The notes beneath the pieces were generated by a model. The model searched no databases. It saw nothing but the letters and a program-made list of their open reading frames with translations, and was not told where the DNA came from. Positions 58,384 through 64,000 of a stretch of DNA of 64,000 nt are shown one piece after another. This stretch comes from Eledone cirrhosa (lineage: Eukaryota): contig OZ024758.1 in the NCBI GenBank assembly GCA_964016885.1, positions 27,776,001 through 27,840,000 on the forward strand, in the 5' to 3' direction. The stretch's first letter is position 1; the number at the start of each line of letters is the position of its first letter. Position numbers and translations under genes: made by a program.

Positions 58384-59849
58384 TCATCATCATCATCATC
58401 ATCATCAGGTTTAGCGTCCGTGTTCCACGCTTGCATGGGTTTGGACGGGGGTTTTCCCACTTGAGGCAAGAGTGGTTGTCTTGCTCGCATAGGACTGTCT
58501 GGCGGGTTTTCTACAGTTGGATGCCCTTCCTAACACCAACCACATTTACAGTGTGGGGCTGGGAGGTTTTTACCGTGTTGCCTACACGGCCACATTTACA
58601 GCGTGGACTGTCTGGCGGGTTTTCTACAGCTGGATGCCCTTCCTAACACCAACCACATTTACAGTGTGGGGCTGGGAGGTTTTTACCGTGTTGCCTACAC
58701 GGCCACATTTACAGCGTGGACTGTGTGTTTTTTGTCGTGACACCTACACGATCTCATTTGTTTCGGCCTGGATGTTGTGGGACCAACATAACTTTACATT
58801 GAAAGGGGCGGTGTGGGTGGGGTGGAGGTGGTGGGACGGGGGTGTGTTTTGATAGAGATGCCTACTGACTGTAGTAGGTTTTTACTTTGTATTTAGGTAA
58901 GGCGGGTCTTCTCTATTACTGAGTACCGCCAAAGGTCTCGGTCCAGTGACATTGTCTTGGAGAGGTGTAAGCGTGTGAGGTCGGAATTTATCAGCTCGTC
59001 CCATGTTTTTCTGGGTCTGCCTACTCCGTGGCTACCGTCTATCTTTATTGCCCTGCACTTTGTTATACAGCTGTCGTCTTTCATGCGCATCACGTGACCG
59101 TACCAACGTAGCCTTCTCTCGAGTAAACAACATCTGATCCCTCTTATTTCTAATTTTTTCCTTAGTTCGTTTATGCTTTGCCGTTCACGTATATTACTAT
59201 TGCACATCCAGCGGAGCATGCAAGCTTCGTTCCTCTCTAGTCTGCGTATATCCTCTGCACACAATGCCCAGGTCTCACTGCCATGCAGCATTGCTGTTCG
59301 TATGCAGGCATCGTATAACCTGCCTTTCATTTTTAGGGAGAACCCTCTAGCGGCTAATAGTGGTATAAGCTCTCTGAACTTTTTCCATCCAGTTCTGACT
59401 CTAGCTACTGTACTTTCAGAGCACCCTCCCCCACTGCTGATTTTGTCACCCAGATAACGGAAGCTGTCCACTATTTCTATAGAACCCTCTGCGCAGTTGA
59501 AGGAGCTAGTATTTTGTGGGCACTTGCTGCTACTTATTGCACCAGAGCACCGGCCACATGTAAAATCTATGTTCTTAGTTAGCTTACCTGTGATCCCACT
59601 ACATCTTTTATGCACCCATACTTTGCATTTGGGACATAAAATGGAGTTTCTACCTACGCCTTTCCTACACACTGAGCATGGCCATTTCCCAGAAGGGACC
59701 GCCGCCTTATTATCTTTCCTACAAACTAGAACTTTAGTCTTAGCCAGGTTAATTTTAAGGCCTTTTGATTCTAGGCCGTGCTTCCATGTTTGGAATTTCT
59801 TCTCTAGTTCGGTCATTGATTCAGCTATGAGCGTTAGATCATCTGCGTA
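58384..59849 (-). mobile_element. RTE LINE family 2, 5'-truncated at the YADD motif; open RT C-terminus (58893-59849) with PHD-like Cys finger and Meta-like 3'UTR
   Basis: YADDLTLIAESMTELEKKF...GLKINLAKTK...WPCSVCRKGVGRNSILCPKCKVWVHKRC...FTCGRC...FRYLG...RRLRWYGHV...GRPRKTW; no stops. Confidence 0.93.
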
Positions 59850-60468
59850 TTATCATATATATATATATAAATGGAATAGAATGAAACAAAATTTCATTTC
59901 TCACTCTTAGTACGGCACTTACTTAAATGTAAGTATGTATGTATACGTACATACATATATGTATACAGACGTACAGTAGTATGTATATATATACATACAT
60001 GCATGCATATATATATGCACGTATCGGTTTACCGACCATTTATTATAATGCTCGGTTTGTTTGTTTGAAAACAAACAAACAGCCCGAATTACGCCATACA
60101 GTGTTTAGGCAACCACGTCACCTTTTTGTTCAACACTGACACAGGAACGATGTACTAGTTTCAAGCTTATTAGCTATCGTCAGCAACGTATACCTTCCTG
60201 CCAGATGGTTGAATGTCTGAAAGTATATACTTTCCTTATGCATATTAACGGCCGAGTAGCCTAATTTGCATATATATGTATATATATATATACATATATA
60301 TACATATAAGGATTAGAATACTGGAGCGTGTTTGAGTCAAACACCCTCTTCGTATTATAGAAATGACAGTAAAAGGTATAGCTCAAAACAGCCAAAAAAT
60401 TAAGAGAGTAAAACAAAGAATCCTTTAATACATCAAAAGTTTTTATTAGCCGACAATGTTATATATAC

Positions 60469-60521
<53 letters not shown>

Positions 60522-60920
60522 CATATATATACAATAATGAGAGGTACGCACGTATATGTGCATACATACATACACATGTATATATACACATATATTTTTT
60601 CATAAGTATGTGAGATTGTGTGTTGTTGACCTTAACCAGTGTTGCTCTCTGATTATGAGAGACAAGATAATCAAAATAATTAAATTGACTCGATATCAGA
60701 GCTATGTAACAAATTATAAAGTAAGAAGAAATAATAGACACAAATATATACTTATTTTTTCTTCAAGGTGTTCCCTTGAAAAGCTGGCTTACCTTACAAC
60801 AATGTTGCATCTCTATGATATAAGATTGTTGCATACTGACCAGCGAAAATGTACAGGCAGGACATTGTAGAAAAAATAGGTATATATAGCTATTATTTCT
60901 TCTTACTTTATAATTTGTTA

Positions 60921-61267
60921 CATCATCATCATCATCATCATCATTTTACGTCCACTTTTCCTTGCTTGCAAGGGTGGGACGGGAACAGATTCTGGCTTGA
61001 TTTCTACAGCTGGATGCCCTTCCTAACACCAACCTCATTTACAGTGTGGGCTGGGTGCTTTTTTTCCGTGGCACCTCCACGACCACTTTGCAGTGGAATG
61101 ATAGGGACCCCAGTCCCTATCAACTCATTTCTACAGCTGAGTAAACTGGAACAATGTGAAATAAAGTGTCTTGCTCAAGGAAACAACACATCACCCGGTC
61201 TGAGAATTGAACTCACAACCTTTTGATTGCAAGGCTAATGCTCTAACCACTGAGCCATGTGCCTCCA
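60921..61267 (-). mobile_element. Full-length SINE family A
   Basis: Reverse complement of 29936-30282. Confidence 0.9.
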
Positions 61268-61457
61268 TATATATATATATATATATCCAGGGGGTGTAAC
61301 TAGGAGTTACTGCGTCACCTATCAATAAATGCAATGAAGGAGTAATCAATCGTCCTTGTTATCCTTTCAATATATATATATATTATTCAAAATATAAATA
61401 AATAAGACTGGAATTGAACCATCAGCACAGTTGAGGTATGTCATACATCAATTTATG

Positions 61458-61523
61458 TATTTTATCTGATGAAAGCGCACCATAATTTGCCTTGGTGGCC
61501 CTTGAAATATGTATAATAAAATA
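61458..61523 (+). ncRNA. Best-preserved minimal type-I hammerhead ribozyme candidate
   Basis: TATTTTAT-CTGATGA-AAGCGCACCA TAATTTGCCT TGGTGGCCCTT-GAAA-TATGTA-TA-ATAAAATA. Perfect 8-bp stem I, intact core, quasi-palindromic stem III. Confidence 0.75.
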
Positions 61524-61742
61524 AATATGATTTTATAAATATAGTTTTCATTTGTTAATATATTGTATATACACATATATATATACACACACATATATAT
61601 ATACACACACATATATATATACACACATATATATATATATATATATATATGCATTACTGGTGCTTTATTTTATCGACCCCGTAAGGATGAAAGGCAAAGC
61701 TAACCTCGGCTGGATATAATAGAGGCGATGTATTATCATCAT

Positions 61743-61773
<31 letters not shown>

Positions 61774-62357
61774 GTTTAAGGTCCATTTTTCTATGCTATA
61801 GCTTCCTCTCAGGCCATTCCTGGATGAGACTGTCTACTACCCTGTTAGGTACCATGTCCCATGGTTTTCATATTCTGTTGGACGGTTTTAATCTATTAAA
61901 AGAACATTTTAAATAGGAAAATAAGTGGTTTTGTTTCATAGAACCAGAGCCAGATTTAGCCGGCTTAGTATCAAGAGTTAAAAACGGTTTAACATTAAGA
62001 GTTGTTTCCCTTACATTTCCTCCAGCTCAGAGAGTTAGAAATTCCACATGGCGGTTTTTTTCTTTCATTTTTCTATTTATATTTTTAAATCTTAAAAATA
62101 TAAGTTTTATTGTAAAAAAATGCAAGTGTCGTTTGTGGTTATGAAAACGGAAAAGGAAGAGAAAGGCAAGGGCCCTAGGTCACAGAAAAAATGTGAGTGT
62201 GAAGGGAGAGGGTGATGTGCTCTAGGCCTAGGGCATGGTGGTATTGTTGCTGCACCCCGCAGACAAGACTGCAAGAGCATTCCTACAGACAATGGCCAGT
62301 GTTAAAATGGCATCTCTTATTTCACATCTAAACAATGATATTCTCCTAGGGCAAGAG

Positions 62358-64000
62358 TTGGTAAGAATAAGATAGAAATGTCTGGAGGAATCTCACATAA
62401 TGGTTAGAATAAGATGGAAATATGTCTGGAGGAATCTGACATATTGGTAAGAATAAGATGGAAATATGTCTGGAGGAATCTCACATATTTGTTAGAATAA
62501 GGTGGAAATATGTCTGGAGGAATCTCACATATTGGTAAGAATAAGATGGAAATATGTCTGGAGGAATCTCACATATTGGTTAGAATAAGATAGAAATATG
62601 TCTGGAGGAATCTCACATATTGGTTAGAATAAGATAGAAATATGTCTGGAGGAATCTGACATATTGGTTAGAATAAGATGGAAATATGTCTGGAGGAATC
62701 TGACATATTGGTTAGAATAAGATGGAAATATATCTGGAGGAATCTGACATATTGGTTAGAATGAGATGGAAATATGTCTGGAGGAATCTCACATATTGGT
62801 TAGAAGAAGATGGAAATATGTCTGGAGGAATCTCACATATTTGTTAGAAGAAGATGGAAATATGTCTGGAGGAATCTGACATATTGGTTAGAAGTAGATG
62901 GAAATATGTCTGGAGGAATCTGACATATTGGTTAGAATAAGATGGAAATATGTCTGGAGGAATCTGACATATTGGTTAGAATAAGATGGAAATATGTCTG
63001 GAGGAATCTCACATATTGGTTAGAATAAGATGGAAATATGTCTGGAGGAATCTCACATATTGGTTAGAATAAGATGGAAATATGTCTGGAGGAATCTCAC
63101 ATATTGGTTAGAAGTAGATGGAAATATGTCTGGAGGAATCTGACATATTGGTTAGAATAAGATGGAAATATGTCTGGAGGAATCTCACATATTGGTTAGA
63201 ATAAGATGGAAATATGTCTGGAGGAATCTCACATATTTGTTAGAATAAGATAGAAATATGTCTGGAGGAATCTCACATATTGGTTAGAATAAGATAGAAA
63301 TATGTCTGGAGGAATCTCACATATTGGTTAGAATAAGATAGAAATATGTCTGGAGGAATCTCACATATTGGTTAGAAGTAGATGGAAATATGTCTGGAGG
63401 AATCTCACATATTGGTTAGAAGAAGATGGAAATATGTCTGGAGGAATCTCACATATTGGTTAGAATAAGATAGAAATGTCTGGAGGAATCTGACATATTG
63501 GTTAGAACAAGATAGAAATATGTCTGGAGGAATCTCACATATTGGTTAGAAGAAGATAGAAATATGTCTGGAGGAATCACATATATTGGTAAGAATAAGA
63601 TAGAAATATGTCTGGAGGAATCTGACATATTGGTTAGAATAAGATGGAAATATGTCTGGAGGAATCTGACATATTGGTTAGAATAAGATGGAAATATATC
63701 TGGAGGAATCTGACATATTGGTTAGAATGAGATGGAAATATGTCTGGAGGAATCTCACATATTGGTTAGAAGAAGATGGAAATATGTCTGGAGGAATCTC
63801 ACATATTTGTTAGAAGAAGATGGAAATATGTCTGGAGGAATCTCACATATTGCTTAGAAGTAGATGGAAATATGTCTGGAGGAATCTGACATATTGGTTA
63901 GAATAAGATGGAAATATGTCTGGAGGAATCTGACATATTGGTTAGAATAAGATGGAAATATGTCTGGAGGAATCTCACATATTGGTTAGAATAAGATGGA
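62358..64000. repeat. 44-bp minisatellite, ~37 copies, runs off the window end
   Basis: Unit GGTTAGAATAAGATGGAAATATGTCTGGAGGAATCT(C/G)ACATATT. Confidence 0.95.

Noticed and set aside
62040-62230. ACATGGCGG YY1/start-like motif and a short MKTEKEEK ORF as another gene start
   Set aside because: No credible donor site or homology; insufficient evidence.
47715-64000. Tandem arrays as CRISPR arrays
   Set aside because: No unique spacers, no cas genes, eukaryotic context.

Overview
Repeat-dominated eukaryotic DNA. The SINE/LINE repertoire and huge TA/TACA microsatellites suggest an octopus-like cephalopod (inference). Only one host coding exon is supported: the 58-nt first coding exon of a USP32-like deubiquitinase on the minus strand (45237-45294, MGGGNAKLSAITYEEAVKR, then GTAAGT). 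A CpG-rich putative promoter lies at about 45.3-46.0 kb. Everything to the left is probably a >45-kb first intron, as I found no exon 2. Roughly 25-28 kb is (TA)n/(TACA)n compound microsatellite, which accounts for nearly all the long Y/I/C/M ORFs. The rest comprises tRNA-derived SINEs (CORE, Meta-like and Nin-like modules), truncated RTE/CR1/CRE LINEs, two Penelope GIY-YIG remnants, mariner/piggyBac/hAT MITEs and six minisatellite arrays. The most interesting signal is a set of minimal type-I hammerhead-ribozyme-like motifs in short Penelope-like islands, mostly embedded in the TA arrays (7.1, 13.7, 15.5, 36.5, 37.4, 61.5 kb). There are also near-perfect palindromes (17.1, 42.5, 43.3 kb) folded back exactly on hammerhead stem II, so that the CUGANGA half is replaced by an inverted copy of the GAAA/stem-III half.
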